Of a stretch of DNA of 64,000 nucleotides, positions 1-9,787 are shown piece after piece. Made by a program: the position numbers and the translations under genes. A model generated the notes under the pieces. The model saw only the letters and a list, made by a program, of their open reading frames with translations. It did no database searches and had not been told where the DNA came from. Numbering within the stretch: the first letter of the stretch is position 1; each line of letters starts with the position of its first letter. Source of the DNA: Thermoplasmata archaeon (GTDB lineage Archaea; Thermoplasmatota; Thermoplasmata; Lutacidiplasmatales; UBA184); contig JAKIWX010000001.1 of NCBI GenBank assembly GCA_022749845.1, positions 12,387 to 76,386 on the forward strand. Direction: 5' to 3'.

Positions 1-1
1 C

Positions 2-2884
2 CTCGCCCCGTTCAAGGCAGCCCAGACCCAGACCCCTGTTCCTTTTACAGCTCAAATCCCGAACGGTGAGGTAGCTACCTCCTACACCTTCTCCTTCGGA
101 GACGGCAGTACGGTCACGGGCTCCCAGCCCACGGTGAGCCACACCTACTCCACCGCGGGTACGTATCTCATCCTCCTCACGGCGTCCATCACGGGCCAGT
201 CCGCGCTGCACGACAACTATCTCTCGCTGGTCGCGCTCGGCGTGACCGCGGGCTACAGCGCCTCCTCGGCCGGGTCGAACCCGAACGTCGCAGGCAGCAT
301 CATCAGCAACTCCACCTCGACCTCGGCCCCCACGAGCGTCCTCGTCTCAGGCCAGCAGGTCACCCTCTCGGGCGCTTACACCGGCGCCCCAACCAACCCG
401 CTCTTCACCTTGGGGACCCCGAGCATCGGGCTTACGTCCGGGGCAAGCTCGGCCGTGACCACCTCGGGCCTGAACGTCAACGCCCAGGGCGCGACCGCGA
501 CCTTTGCGTTCTCGAGCGCCGGGATCTTCGTCGTCACCTTCGTGGGTGTGTCGAACGGCCTTGGCAGTTTCGCGGGCCAGAACGCGTACCAGAACTACAG
601 CTGGTCGGTCATCGTGACGCCGTCCGGTCTCAACGCGAAGATCGCGGGGACCGCCTCGGCCACGAGTCCGCACCCGGGGACCTTCATCAACTACTTCAGC
701 GCCCCCGGCGGTGCCTCGACGCTCGACCCCTCGATCGCTTACGACACGGTCTCGTACGAGCCCATCCTCAACACCTACGAGGGGCTCATCATGTACAACG
801 GCTCGACCACGGGCCCCGACGCCTCCTCGTACGTGCCGGTCTTGGCGACCTGCGTGCCGGGCAGCGCGAGTTGCCAGCAGTTGTACGGCAGCACCCTGAT
901 CAACTCGACGAACAGCGCCTACACCTTCGTCATCGACTCGAAGGCGCAGTTCTTCGACCCGTACAGCAGCAGCTCCGGTGCCCACTGGGGCGTCTATCCG
1001 ACCGACGTAGTGTTCAGCGTCCTCCGCACCGAGGGGTACTCCACCCAGCCGGGCGTCGGCGCTCACAACGGCTGGATCCTCGCGCAGGCCCTCCTGCCCA
1101 GCACGACGGCGGCGTCGATGGCCGCGAACTCGCAATGGGACGGCGGCATCCACAGCAGCCTGAACAACTCGCCGGCGGCCATGTTCAAGACCATGCTCGT
1201 CAACTCGAGCGCGTACTGCCCGAGCAAGGCGATGACGCAGGACCACGGGTGCGTGACCTTCCTCGCGAACGGGAACGACCTGAAGTGGCCATACTTCCTC
1301 GAGCTCATCGCCGACCAGCTCGGTGCCTCGATCCAGTCGTGCGGCTGGGCCTCCTCGAGCGCCGCCTCGGGCGGCGCGGACGGCATCCCGTACTGGACCG
1401 CCAACAACGTCACCGACTCGGGCGACCACCCCTGCCTGCTGCCGGGCGGCGCGACGAGCACCGACCAGCCGTCCTTCACGACGGCGATCGCGGGCATCCC
1501 AGCGAAGGGATTCGACGCGTGGGAGACGAACGGAGCCAGTCAGAGCCCGAGCGGCAACGTGGCCTCGAAGATCGTGGCGACGGGCCCGTACCAGCTCGCG
1601 AACTACCAGTTCGGCGCGTCGTACACCTTGACGGCGAGCCCCGCCTACGTGCCCAACGAGTTCTGCAACTACGCGGGCTGCATGCCCCCGGTGGGGCACC
1701 TGCCGCAGAAGATCGAGGTCACCTGGGAGTCGAACATCGCGGAGGGTGAGCAGGCGATCGCCGCCGGCATCGCCGACACCGCGACGATCCCCAGCACCGA
1801 CACCGCGCTCTTCCTGCAGCTCGTCCAGAAGGGGCAGGTCCAGGCGCTGAGCTTCCCCTCGCTCAGCATCTACTTCTTCCCCTACAACCTCGCCTTCAGC
1901 CTCTCGGGCGCGCAGAAGTACACGACCAACCCGATTACCGTCCCGAGCGACTGGTTCTCCTACGTGGGGATGCGCCAGTTCTTCTCGCTCGCCTACCCGT
2001 ACACGACGATCGAGAACACTATCCTGACGAAGGACGGAATCCAGGGCGGGTTCAACTACGGGGGCGCGATCCCGCAGTTCATGGCCAACTACTACCCGAC
2101 GAACGTGACGTTCCCCAACGTCGACCCGGCGATCGCCTGCGCGGGCGCGGGGGCGAACGCCCCTACCTGCGCGAGCTGGTGGTGGACCCAGATGACGACG
2201 GTGAGTAGTCCCTACTACGACCCCGAGGCGGCGGCGTGCTCGCCCAGCAACCCCTGCCAGCTGCCGCTCATCGGTGAGACGGGCGCCCCGACCCTCGACG
2301 AGCAGGAGAACCTGTGGGTCAGTTCGATCTCGCAGTTCTCGAACGGGGCCGTGAAGGCGGCGGCGACGGACATCAACTTCGCGAACCTCGTCGCGAACTC
2401 GCTGTTCCAGACGCCCTACACAGGCACGATGCCGGTGTACACGCTCGGCTGGTCCCCCGACTACCCGGACCCGACCGACTACGTGGCGCCGATGTACTAC
2501 CCCGACAGCACGTACACCTTCAGCGACACGGTGGCGGAGCAGTTCGCTCTCACGGCGTTCAACGCGCCCACCTGCTCGCACAGCGCGGGCTTCTGGGCAA
2601 GCGCTGCGACGGTGAACAACTCCTGCCAGGGAGCGGCGTACGCGGCGATGACGAAGCTCTTGTTCACCGCGGCGACGATGGCCGTAGGCCCCGCGCGTGT
2701 GCTCACCTACACCATGGCGGAGCACATCGCGAACCTGCTGTCGCTCTACACCTACCAGTACCAGCTGAACCAGGTGTACGGGATGTCCTCGTGGGTGAAC
2801 GTGGCCTCGATCGACTCGAACGTCACCACGGGCGGCGGGAACGACCTGAGCTACTTCCTGCTCAACGGGAACGGCGTCTGGTAG
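2..2884 (+). CDS. PKD-domain ABC transporter substrate-binding protein (family 5, Opp/Dpp-like), 5'-truncated by window edge
   Basis: Frame is open from nt 2 (…YTFSFGDGS PKD motif). SBP_bac_5-type motifs TLDPSIAYD, YEGLIMY, TGPYQL, GWSPDYPDP. Paralog of 17541-20600. Confidence 0.85.
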   Translation, partial: LAPFKAAQTQTPVPFTAQIPNGEVATSYTFSFGDGSTVTGSQPTVSHTYSTAGTYLILLTASITGQSALHDNYLSLVALGVTAGYSASSAGSNPNVAGSIISNSTSTSAPTSVLVSGQQVTLSGAYTGAPTNPLFTLGTPSIGLTSGASSAVTTSGLNVNAQGATATFAFSSAGIFVVTFVGVSNGLGSFAGQNAYQNYSWSVIVTPSGLNAKIAGTASATSPHPGTFINYFSAPGGASTLDPSIAYDTVSYEPILNTYEGLIMYNGSTTGPDASSYVPVLATCVPGSASCQQLYGSTLINSTNSAYTFVIDSKAQFFDPYSSSSGAHWGVYPTDVVFSVLRTEGYSTQPGVGAHNGWILAQALLPSTTAASMAANSQWDGGIHSSLNNSPAAMFKTMLVNSSAYCPSKAMTQDHGCVTFLANGNDLKWPYFLELIADQLGASIQSCGWASSSAASGGADGIPYWTANNVTDSGDHPCLLPGGATSTDQPSFTTAIAGIPAKGFDAWETNGASQSPSGNVASKIVATGPYQLANYQFGASYTLTASPAYVPNEFCNYAGCMPPVGHLPQKIEVTWESNIAEGEQAIAAGIADTATIPSTDTALFLQLVQKGQVQALSFPSLSIYFFPYNLAFSLSGAQKYTTNPITVPSDWFSYVGMRQFFSLAYPYTTIENTILTKDGIQGGFNYGGAIPQFMANYYPTNVTFPNVDPAIACAGAGANAPTCASWWWTQMTTVSSPYYDPEAAACSPSNPCQLPLIGETGAPTLDEQENLWVSSISQFSNGAVKAAATDINFANLVANSLFQTPYTGTMPVYTLGWSPDYPDPTDYVAPMYYPDSTYTFSDTVAEQFALTAFNAPTCSHSAGFWASAATVNNSCQGAAYAAMTKLLFTAATMAVGPARVLTYTMAEHIANLLSLYTYQYQLNQVYGMSSWVNVASIDSNVTTGGGNDLSYFLLNGNGVW

Positions 2885-2901
2885 GAGCTACCCTTTCCAC
2901 G

Positions 2902-2970
2902 GGCCCGCCCCTTCCGCCGAAGCGGAGGGACGGGCTCCCCGCCGAACCCCTTCCCCTCCTTTCTTTTCCA
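2902..2970 (+). terminator. GC hairpin followed by pyrimidine tract, putative terminator
   Basis: GCCCGCCCCTTCCGC-CGAA-GCGGAGGGACGGGC imperfect stem, then CCTTTCTTTTCC, just after the stop codon and between convergent genes. Confidence 0.5.
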
Positions 2971-3099
2971 CGAGACCAACCGAGCCGGAGGGCTTGGGCG
3001 CTGGCGAAGTAGGGCCGTCAGGTCCACCCAGGCTCCGGAAACGTGCCTGAGGAACCGGCGTGGTCGAGAGGGGAGCGGGCCGAATCCGAGAGATGCGAC

Positions 3100-3495
3100 C
3101 TAGAGGAACTCGCTCGGGTCGGGACCGATCCTCTGGCCCTCGGGGTACGGGGTGAGGCCCGCCTTCGCCCGCTCGGCTTCGGGGGTGAAGACGCCGAAGC
3201 GGCGGAGTCGGGTCCAGGTGCGTGCGAACACCGCGTGCCCGGACTCCGCGTCGGGGTCCGGGCGGTACCACAGGTAGCGGTAGCCGAGGAACTCGAGGTA
3301 GGTGGCGCCCACGAGCGAGGCGATCATCGCCGGGAGGTCGAGGGGCGCAAGGAAGGTCGCGATGATCCAGACGTCCACGATGATGATGAGGAGCGCCCAG
3401 CACCAGCGTAGGAACTCCCGCTCGAAGTACTCCCTCCAGGTGGGGCCCGGGTCGGAGAGCGCCTCCTCCCGCTCCGTGCCGCTCAGCCTCGGCAT
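3100..3495 (-). CDS. small hypothetical membrane protein (2 TM)
   Basis: MPRLSGTERE… with hydrophobic WCWALLIIIVDVWIIATFL and AMIASLVGATYLEFLGY; directly downstream of oppF. Confidence 0.65.
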   Translation of the reverse strand: MPRLSGTEREEALSDPGPTWREYFEREFLRWCWALLIIIVDVWIIATFLAPLDLPAMIASLVGATYLEFLGYRYLWYRPDPDAESGHAVFARTWTRLRRFGVFTPEAERAKAGLTPYPEGQRIGPDPSEFL

Positions 3496-3532
3496 GCCGA
3501 AGAGCGGCGAACGCTGCACGGGCGCCTCCAAC

Positions 3533-4750
3533 CTAAGGGACGCTAGCCGAGGCCAGCGCGGGGCTCGCGCTCGGCAGGCTCGCCACGCCGGCAGCGGGAG
3601 CCGGGCCCTCCGCCGCTGTGGGGTACAGATGGCAGGCGACCCAGTGGTCGCCACGGATCCGGAGGAGCGGCGGCTCCACCTTGGAGCAGACGGGCATGAC
3701 GGCCGGGCAACGGGTATGGAACCGGCAGCCGGGCGGTGGGGCCGCCGGGCTCGGCACGTCGCCGGAGAGGATGATCCGCTCGCGGTGCTGGTCCGGGTCG
3801 GGGATCGGGATGGCGGCGAGCAGCGCCTGGGTGTACGGATGGAGCGGTCGCGTGAACAGCTCCTCCGTGGGCGCGCGCTCGGCGACCTTGCCGAGGTACA
3901 TCACCACGACGCGGTGGGAGACCGCGCGGATCACCGAGAGGTGGTGGGAGATGAACAGGTAGGAGAGCTCCTGCTCGGTCTGCAGCCGTTTCAAGATGTT
4001 CAGGATCTGGGCCTGGACGGAGACGTCGAGCGCGCTCGTCGGCTCGTCGAGCACGATGAAGTCGGGGCGGAGCGCGAGCGCACGGGCGATGCCGATCCGC
4101 TGGCGCTGACCCCCCGAGAACTCGTGGGGGAACCGCCACAGATGCTCGGGGTTCAACCCGACGCTCTGCAGGAGCTCGGCGACCCGCTGCTGCCGCTCCC
4201 CCCGCGTGCCGAGCCGGTGGATCTCGAGCGGCTCGGCCACGATGTCCTTGACCAACATCCGTGGCGAGAGGGAGGAGAACGGGTCCTGGAAGACGATCTG
4301 GAGCTTGCCGCGCAAGCTCTGCAGCTTGCGGCCTCTCATCCGGTAGATGGAGTACTGGGCGGCGATCTCGTCGAGCTCGGTCAGGAGCGAGGAGGAGTCG
4401 GGCGGCAGCTCGGCGTGCCCGTTGTTCTCCTCCCCTTCGGGCTCGCCGTAGGCCTGTCCCAGGCGCTCGTAGATCTCGCTCATCCGGTCGTACTTCGCGG
4501 CCGGTGGGCGGTAGTAGGTGTGGCCCGAGGTGGGCTCGATGAGCCGAAGGATGAGCCGGCCGACGGTCGTCTTGCCGCAGCCGCTCTCGCCCACGAGCCC
4601 GACCGTCTCGCCGCGGTGGACGTCGAAGCTCACCCCGTCGACGGCGCGGACGTCGCCGATGTGGGAGGAGAAGATGCCGCCCCGGATCGGAAAGTACTTT
4701 CGGAGGTTGCGGACCGCAATCAGGATGTCGGAGTTGGGTTCGGATTGCAT
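3533..4750 (-). CDS. oppF: oligopeptide/dipeptide ABC transporter ATP-binding subunit (OppF/DppF)
   Basis: Walker [17 protein letters not shown] signature, [10 protein letters not shown]-terminal HPYT…GCRFHTRCP. Confidence 0.93.
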   Translation of the reverse strand: MQSEPNSDILIAVRNLRKYFPIRGGIFSSHIGDVRAVDGVSFDVHRGETVGLVGESGCGKTTVGRLILRLIEPTSGHTYYRPPAAKYDRMSEIYERLGQAYGEPEGEENNGHAELPPDSSSLLTELDEIAAQYSIYRMRGRKLQSLRGKLQIVFQDPFSSLSPRMLVKDIVAEPLEIHRLGTRGERQQRVAELLQSVGLNPEHLWRFPHEFSGGQRQRIGIARALALRPDFIVLDEPTSALDVSVQAQILNILKRLQTEQELSYLFISHHLSVIRAVSHRVVVMYLGKVAERAPTEELFTRPLHPYTQALLAAIPIPDPDQHRERIILSGDVPSPAAPPPGCRFHTRCPAVMPVCSKVEPPLLRIRGDHWVACHLYPTAAEGPAPAAGVASLPSASPALASASVP

Positions 4751-4775
4751 TCCGCGAAACCTCGGGGCGGCGACC

Positions 4776-6407
4776 CTACCCTTGGGCCACCGGTCCGTGG
4801 TATAAGTGACATGCGACCACGTGCCCCGTCGCTTCGACGGTCATCGGGGGGCGCTGCTCCTTGCAGACGGGCATCGCCTGGGGGCAGCGGGGATGGAAAC
4901 GGCATCCGGAGGGGGGGTAGATGAGGTTCGGGACCGAGCCCGGGATCGCCTCGAGCTTCTTGCTCGGGTCGTCCATCCGGGGGATGGAAGCGAGGAGTCC
5001 CTGGGTGTACGGGTGGAGCGGCGTACGGTAGATGTCCCGGACGGGCCCGATCTCCACGATGTTCCCGGCGTACATCACGCAGACGCGGTCGGCGACCTCG
5101 GCGATCACCCCCAGGTCGTGCGTGATGAGCATGATGGCCGTGCCCACCCGCGTCTTCAGCTCGCGCATCAGCTCGAGGATCTGCGCCTGGATGGTGACAT
5201 CGAGGGCGGTCGTCGGTTCGTCCGCGATAAGGAGCTCGGGCTCGGCGGAGAGCGCCATCGCGATCATCACCCGCTGCAGCATCCCGCCCGAGAGCTCGTG
5301 GGGGTAGCCCCGCGCGACCTGTACGGGATTCGCGATAGTCACCCCTTCCAGCAGCCGGACGCTCTGCCAGAACGTCTCCGTATTGAGCGGGCGCCGGACC
5401 CTCGCGCGTAGCCCCCACAGGCCGAAGTAGAAGCCGCGCAGCCGCGTCGAGAGCCGTCGCACCGAGATCGCGCGCCGCTTGCCCTTCTCGAGCTTCGCGT
5501 TCCTCATCTCGGAGAGGAACGTCGCGCGAAGCTCCGACTGAAGGAGGTGAAGCTTCCGCTCCCGCTCCAGGTACCTTCGCTGCAAGGAGCTCAGGCGGAG
5601 GCGGGCGATCGCCTTGCGGAGCTCGGGCACCTTTGAGTCGACGTCGGGGTAGGCGTTGTGCAGGATGTGGTAAGCCTGTACGCCGATCGACTGCAGGCCT
5701 ACGGCCGTGCTGAGCTTCACGCACGCCTCCCTGAGCTGTCCGGGCCGGTTCTCCCGGGCGGCGTGGATGACCGCTTCGAGGGCGTCCTCGACGTCGGGTC
5801 CTTTGGGCGTCGCGTGCAGGAGCCCGTCGATCGTGGGGACGCCGCGGTGGAGGAGGAGCGCCTCGGAGATCTGGTTCGACACCGAGAAGATGGGGTTCAT
5901 GGCGGACATCGGCTCTTGGAAGATCATCGAGATCCCCCCGCCGCGGACCGCCATCATCCGGTCGAGGTCCGTCTTGATGCGCCGGAAGCGCCGCTTGACC
6001 TTCACCCGGTTCGAGCCTTTGACCGGCTTGTAGGAGGCCTCGCGGTCGACCCCCCAGAGGAGGTTCGCCCCCTTGAACAGGATCGTGCCGTCCATGATCC
6101 GGCCGGGAGGGTCCGGGATGAGCCGGGTCACCGAGAACGCCGTGACGCTCTTGCCGCAGCCGGTCTCGCCGACGAGCCCGACCGTCTCACCCCGGCGGAC
6201 GTTGAAGGTGACCCCGTCGAGCGCCTTCACCACCCCGTCGTAGGTGAAGAAGTAGGTGCGCAGATTCCTCACGTCGAGGACGACGTTGCCCACCGCCCCC
6301 GCGGCGGTGGTGGTCGCTAGCTTCGGCTTGGCCAACGGAGTCGGGGGGACGGCGCCCGGGAGCGGCGAAGGAAGCTCCGTGGGCAGGGGGAGGGAGTCGA
6401 CCGCCAC
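4776..6407 (-). CDS. oppD: oligopeptide/dipeptide ABC transporter ATP-binding subunit (OppD/DppD) with large insertion
   Basis: [44 protein letters not shown]. 543 aa, longer than typical. Confidence 0.92.
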   Translation of the reverse strand: MAVDSLPLPTELPSPLPGAVPPTPLAKPKLATTTAAGAVGNVVLDVRNLRTYFFTYDGVVKALDGVTFNVRRGETVGLVGETGCGKSVTAFSVTRLIPDPPGRIMDGTILFKGANLLWGVDREASYKPVKGSNRVKVKRRFRRIKTDLDRMMAVRGGGISMIFQEPMSAMNPIFSVSNQISEALLLHRGVPTIDGLLHATPKGPDVEDALEAVIHAARENRPGQLREACVKLSTAVGLQSIGVQAYHILHNAYPDVDSKVPELRKAIARLRLSSLQRRYLERERKLHLLQSELRATFLSEMRNAKLEKGKRRAISVRRLSTRLRGFYFGLWGLRARVRRPLNTETFWQSVRLLEGVTIANPVQVARGYPHELSGGMLQRVMIAMALSAEPELLIADEPTTALDVTIQAQILELMRELKTRVGTAIMLITHDLGVIAEVADRVCVMYAGNIVEIGPVRDIYRTPLHPYTQGLLASIPRMDDPSKKLEAIPGSVPNLIYPPSGCRFHPRCPQAMPVCKEQRPPMTVEATGHVVACHLYHGPVAQG

Positions 6408-6413
6408 TGGGTC

Positions 6414-7568
6414 CTACCTCCGGAGCCTCGGGTCGAGCGCATCCCGCAGTCCGTCGGAGAAGAAGCTCACGGAAATGGCGAACAGGAAGAGCGCCGTGCC
6501 GGGGATGAAGAACTGCCACCAGGGGAAGAGGCAGGCGGAGTTCTCCTGGCAGTACTGGAGGGTCGAGGAAAGGATCGTGACGCTCTGCGCCGTGATCGAC
6601 CCCCACTCGGGGAAGTTCACGTGGGGGAAGATGCTGAACCCGAGGAAGACGAGGGTCGCAAGCCCGAGCGGGATCGTCCCGATGTCGAGGGACATCTGCA
6701 CGAACATCGGGTAGAGGCTGTTCGGGATGATGTGCCGCCGCAAGATGCGGAAGGTGCCGGCCCCGCTCGCGCGGGAGGCCTCCACGAACTTCTGTTCCCG
6801 GGTCACGAGCACCTGGGAGCGCACGATACGGGTGTAGATCGGCCAATCGGTGACGATGAAGGCGATGAGCAGGATCTCGAGATGGCCGTAGAAGCCCGGG
6901 AACAGCGATCCCGCTGTGGATAAGATGACGATGAGGAGCAGGAGCCCAGGTATCGCGAGGAAGACGTCGGTGAGACGCATGATCGATTCGTCGGCGTAGC
7001 CGCCGAGGTAGCCTGCGGTCGCTCCAAGGAACAGTCCGATCATCGACCCGCTAAGGACGACGATCGCGGAGATGCCGAGCGACCAGGGTGCGCCCTTCAC
7101 CATCGCCGCGAACAGGTTGAAGAACTCGTTCGTGTCCGCGGTGGTCGTAAGCGACCCGAACGGGAACGGCCCTAGCCCGTGCGCGAGCGAGGCGGTGGGC
7201 GGCAGGACCGACACCTGGTTCGGGTCGACGGGGAAGCAGTTGGGCTGCGGTGCCGGCTGGTCGTACGGGTAGGTGCAGACCACGGCGTTGCATCCCGCCG
7301 CATTGGTGCCGTTCACGAGCCCGACACCGTTGCCCGTGTCCGTTCCACAGTAGGTGGCGAGCTGGTCGGAGGGGGCGTTGTAGAAGAAGGAACCCACCGC
7401 GATCCCGACAAGGAAGAGGAGGATCGCAAGGCCGACGATCGCGAGGGTGTTCCGGCGAAGGAAGTAGAACGTCCGTTTCATTTGGGCGATGCGGGGGCTC
7501 GGGCGACGGCCCGAGCTCAGGGCGCTCGCCGTGGGAGGAGCCGTGGCCAGTGGAGGAGCTGTCGCCAC
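6414..7568 (-). CDS. oppC: oligopeptide ABC transporter permease (OppC/DppC)
   Basis: MRLTDVFLAIP, EAA loop FVEASRASGA…ILRRHIIPN, PEWG, SDGLRDALDPR. Confidence 0.92.
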   Translation of the reverse strand: MATAPPLATAPPTASALSSGRRPSPRIAQMKRTFYFLRRNTLAIVGLAILLFLVGIAVGSFFYNAPSDQLATYCGTDTGNGVGLVNGTNAAGCNAVVCTYPYDQPAPQPNCFPVDPNQVSVLPPTASLAHGLGPFPFGSLTTTADTNEFFNLFAAMVKGAPWSLGISAIVVLSGSMIGLFLGATAGYLGGYADESIMRLTDVFLAIPGLLLLIVILSTAGSLFPGFYGHLEILLIAFIVTDWPIYTRIVRSQVLVTREQKFVEASRASGAGTFRILRRHIIPNSLYPMFVQMSLDIGTIPLGLATLVFLGFSIFPHVNFPEWGSITAQSVTILSSTLQYCQENSACLFPWWQFFIPGTALFLFAISVSFFSDGLRDALDPRLRR

Positions 7569-7571
7569 ACC

Positions 7572-8768
7572 CTACCCCAGCCGAACGCGGGGGTCGAGGT
7601 ACGCGTAGAGCACATCGACGATGATGTTCGCCACCACGACGATGATGGTGAAGAGCAGCGTCGTCCCGAACACGAGGCCATAGTCGAGGGGCTGCTTCAC
7701 CGACTGGACGAGGAGGTTGCCCACTCCGGTGAGCCCGAAGACGTCCTCGATGATCGGGAAGCCGCCAATGAAGCTCGCGAAAGTGAGCCCGAGCACCGTC
7801 ACGGTGACGTTGAGCGAATTGCGGCCCGCGTGACGCCGGACGACGACCTTCTCCGGTACGCCCTTGCTCCGCGCCGTTCGGATGAAGTCGAGGTTCATCA
7901 CCTCGAGCATGCTGTTCCGGACGAACCGAAGGATCCCGGCGATCGCGCTGAAGGCGATCACGAGCGCGGGGAGGATCATCCGCTTGAACGACTCCCAGGC
8001 GAGGTAGCTGTTGCCGTTCAACATGGCGTCGACGGTAGGGAACCCTGTGGGGGTCGTATGGAAGTGGTTCTGCGAGCCCATCCAGCCCGGGTACGACCCG
8101 CTCGGAAGGCAGTTGTAGCTCGGCCAGGAGCCGAACCAACTGTTGAATGCGTCCGAGCCGCCGTTGCAGGTCGCCACGAACCCGCCCGAGGCCTGCGTTG
8201 CCGCGAGCAGGATGAGGAGAGCCAGGAGGAACGTCGGGAACGCGTAGCCGCTGAAGGAGATCACGCGCGCCGCTTGGTCGAACGGGCGGTTGCGGTAGAC
8301 GGCCGAGTAGTTGCCGATCGGGATGGCTAGCGCGAGGATGATGAGCAGCGAGATGGCCGCAAGCTCGAGCGTGTAGGGAAGGTACCAGCTGAGGACGGTG
8401 ATCACCGAGGTGCTCGTCGTGATTCCGTACAGCTGACTAGCGTCGCTCGATTTGCTGGTATTGCCCCAGTTCAACGTGAGAGAATTGTAGATGTAGACAC
8501 CCCACTGGTAGGGTGCCGGTTTATCGAGCCCCAGCGCCTTGATCGCTCGGGTGTAGGCAGGGTTGGTGCATTGCGCAGGGTGCGGGGAATTGTCCGCCGG
8601 GTCGCACTTGATCGTGGGGGCGTAGCCCTGCCGTGAAGGGCCGATGAAGGTCTCGATCCGTTGGGTCTCCCCGAGGGCGTTCGTCAGCACGAACGTGATG
8701 GTCATCACGCCGACGACCACCGGAATCATCAGGAGAGCTCGGCGGACGATGTAGACCCACATCCGCAT
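7572..8768 (-). CDS. oppB: oligopeptide ABC transporter permease (OppB/DppB)
   Basis: YIVRRALL, LGLDKP, LPYTLELA, DFIRTARSKG, DVLYAYLDPRVR. Confidence 0.93.
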   Translation of the reverse strand: MRMWVYIVRRALLMIPVVVGVMTITFVLTNALGETQRIETFIGPSRQGYAPTIKCDPADNSPHPAQCTNPAYTRAIKALGLDKPAPYQWGVYIYNSLTLNWGNTSKSSDASQLYGITTSTSVITVLSWYLPYTLELAAISLLIILALAIPIGNYSAVYRNRPFDQAARVISFSGYAFPTFLLALLILLAATQASGGFVATCNGGSDAFNSWFGSWPSYNCLPSGSYPGWMGSQNHFHTTPTGFPTVDAMLNGNSYLAWESFKRMILPALVIAFSAIAGILRFVRNSMLEVMNLDFIRTARSKGVPEKVVVRRHAGRNSLNVTVTVLGLTFASFIGGFPIIEDVFGLTGVGNLLVQSVKQPLDYGLVFGTTLLFTIIVVVANIIVDVLYAYLDPRVRLG

Positions 8769-8820
8769 AGGAGGTATCCTCTGCTCAGGTCGCCCGGCGC
8801 CGGTCGACTGAGTCGGACCC

Positions 8821-8840
8821 CAGTATATATCGATTTAACG
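8821..8840 (-). promoter_or_regulatory. putative BRE/TATA promoter of oppBCDF
   Basis: Minus strand reads CGTTAAATCGATATATACTG, an AT-rich island about 55-70 nt upstream of oppB. Confidence 0.5.
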
Positions 8841-8873
8841 AATTCGCGACCGCGCTACCGACGCAAACGGACC

Positions 8874-9251
8874 TTACAGCAAGTCCAGATCGCCGGTGAT
8901 GGCGTCGAGCTCGGCGCCCGGTGCCGGGCCCAGACCGAGGCAGGTTCTCGTGCCCGCCGGGACCTCGGTGAGCCCCGCGTCCTCGACAATCACGAACGGG
9001 ATCCCGCGGGCGACAGCCTTCCTGCGGAGCTGCTCGAGCTCCTCGAGGCTCGGGACGACGAGCGCGATCTTTTTCGCGCCCCCTGCCCTCCAAGGCTCGA
9101 GCCACGGGAGCTTCCGCCGCTCGGCCTCCTCGGCGAGCAGGACCGCGGCGTGCGCCGCCTGGACCGCGGCCTTCCCAGGTGTCAAGCGGAGTTCGCCACG
9201 AAGAACGAGCACCATTTTCACGTCCGAGCCGGGACGCCGCTTATCGCGCAT
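8874..9251 (-). CDS. pth2: peptidyl-tRNA hydrolase 2
   Basis: KMVLVLRGEL, GKAAVQAAHA, KKIAL, DAGLTEV, TCLGLGP, ITGDLDLL. Confidence 0.95.
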   Translation of the reverse strand: MRDKRRPGSDVKMVLVLRGELRLTPGKAAVQAAHAAVLLAEEAERRKLPWLEPWRAGGAKKIALVVPSLEELEQLRRKAVARGIPFVIVEDAGLTEVPAGTRTCLGLGPAPGAELDAITGDLDLL

Positions 9252-9777
9252 ACTCGTCCTCCCGACGCCGGCGCAGGGTGCGGCTTTCGGCCTTGAGCCG
9301 GTCGAGCTCGGTCGTCAGGAGCCTCGCTCCCTCGGAATCGGGGGCGCTCCGGGCGAGCGCTCTGCGAAGACGCCGTTCCTCCCGTTCGAGCCGGTCGAAC
9401 TCGCGAAGCCAAGGAAGGGGACTATCCTCACCGGGGAGCGCGGCGAAGGGAGCTTCGTCGCCGACGCGCCGGAACGCGCCACGGACGAACGCGACGACGA
9501 ATCCGATGGCGCTCAGCCCAGCGAGGATGAGTTCCAGCCGAGGGTTCGACCACGCCGCGGAGAAGCCTAGCGAAGGGATCTCGGAAAGGATCGATCCGAC
9601 GACGACGACGAACGAGAGGCTCCAGACGAACGCGAGGGTCCCTGTCCTGACCGCCCGGTCCAGGGCGTGCGGCCCCCGGATCTTCCATTCGGGGAACAGC
9701 GCCCGGGTCCAGGCATACCCTGGCAACGCGAACAGCAGGAGCCCGCCCGTCCAAAACTCGACCGTATCCAGGACCAA
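9241..9777 (-). CDS. membrane protein, DUF1616-like N-terminus
   Basis: LLFALPGYAWTRALFP motif, 3 TM segments, charged coiled C-terminus; in series srp54-this-pth2. Confidence 0.65.
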   Translation of the reverse strand: MVLDTVEFWTGGLLLFALPGYAWTRALFPEWKIRGPHALDRAVRTGTLAFVWSLSFVVVVGSILSEIPSLGFSAAWSNPRLELILAGLSAIGFVVAFVRGAFRRVGDEAPFAALPGEDSPLPWLREFDRLEREERRLRRALARSAPDSEGARLLTTELDRLKAESRTLRRRREDEYAR

Positions 9778-9787
9778 GGGTCACTCC

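Noticed and set aside
347-2725. 792-aa minus-strand ORF and similar long ORFs (9179-13153, 9567-12335, 17577-20945, 31551-33536 and others)
   Set aside because: Arg/Gly/Pro-rich shadow frames of real GC-rich genes, with no motifs.
5385-5845. OppD insertion as an intein
   Set aside because: No C/S start, no HN-C/S/T end, no LAGLIDADG motif.
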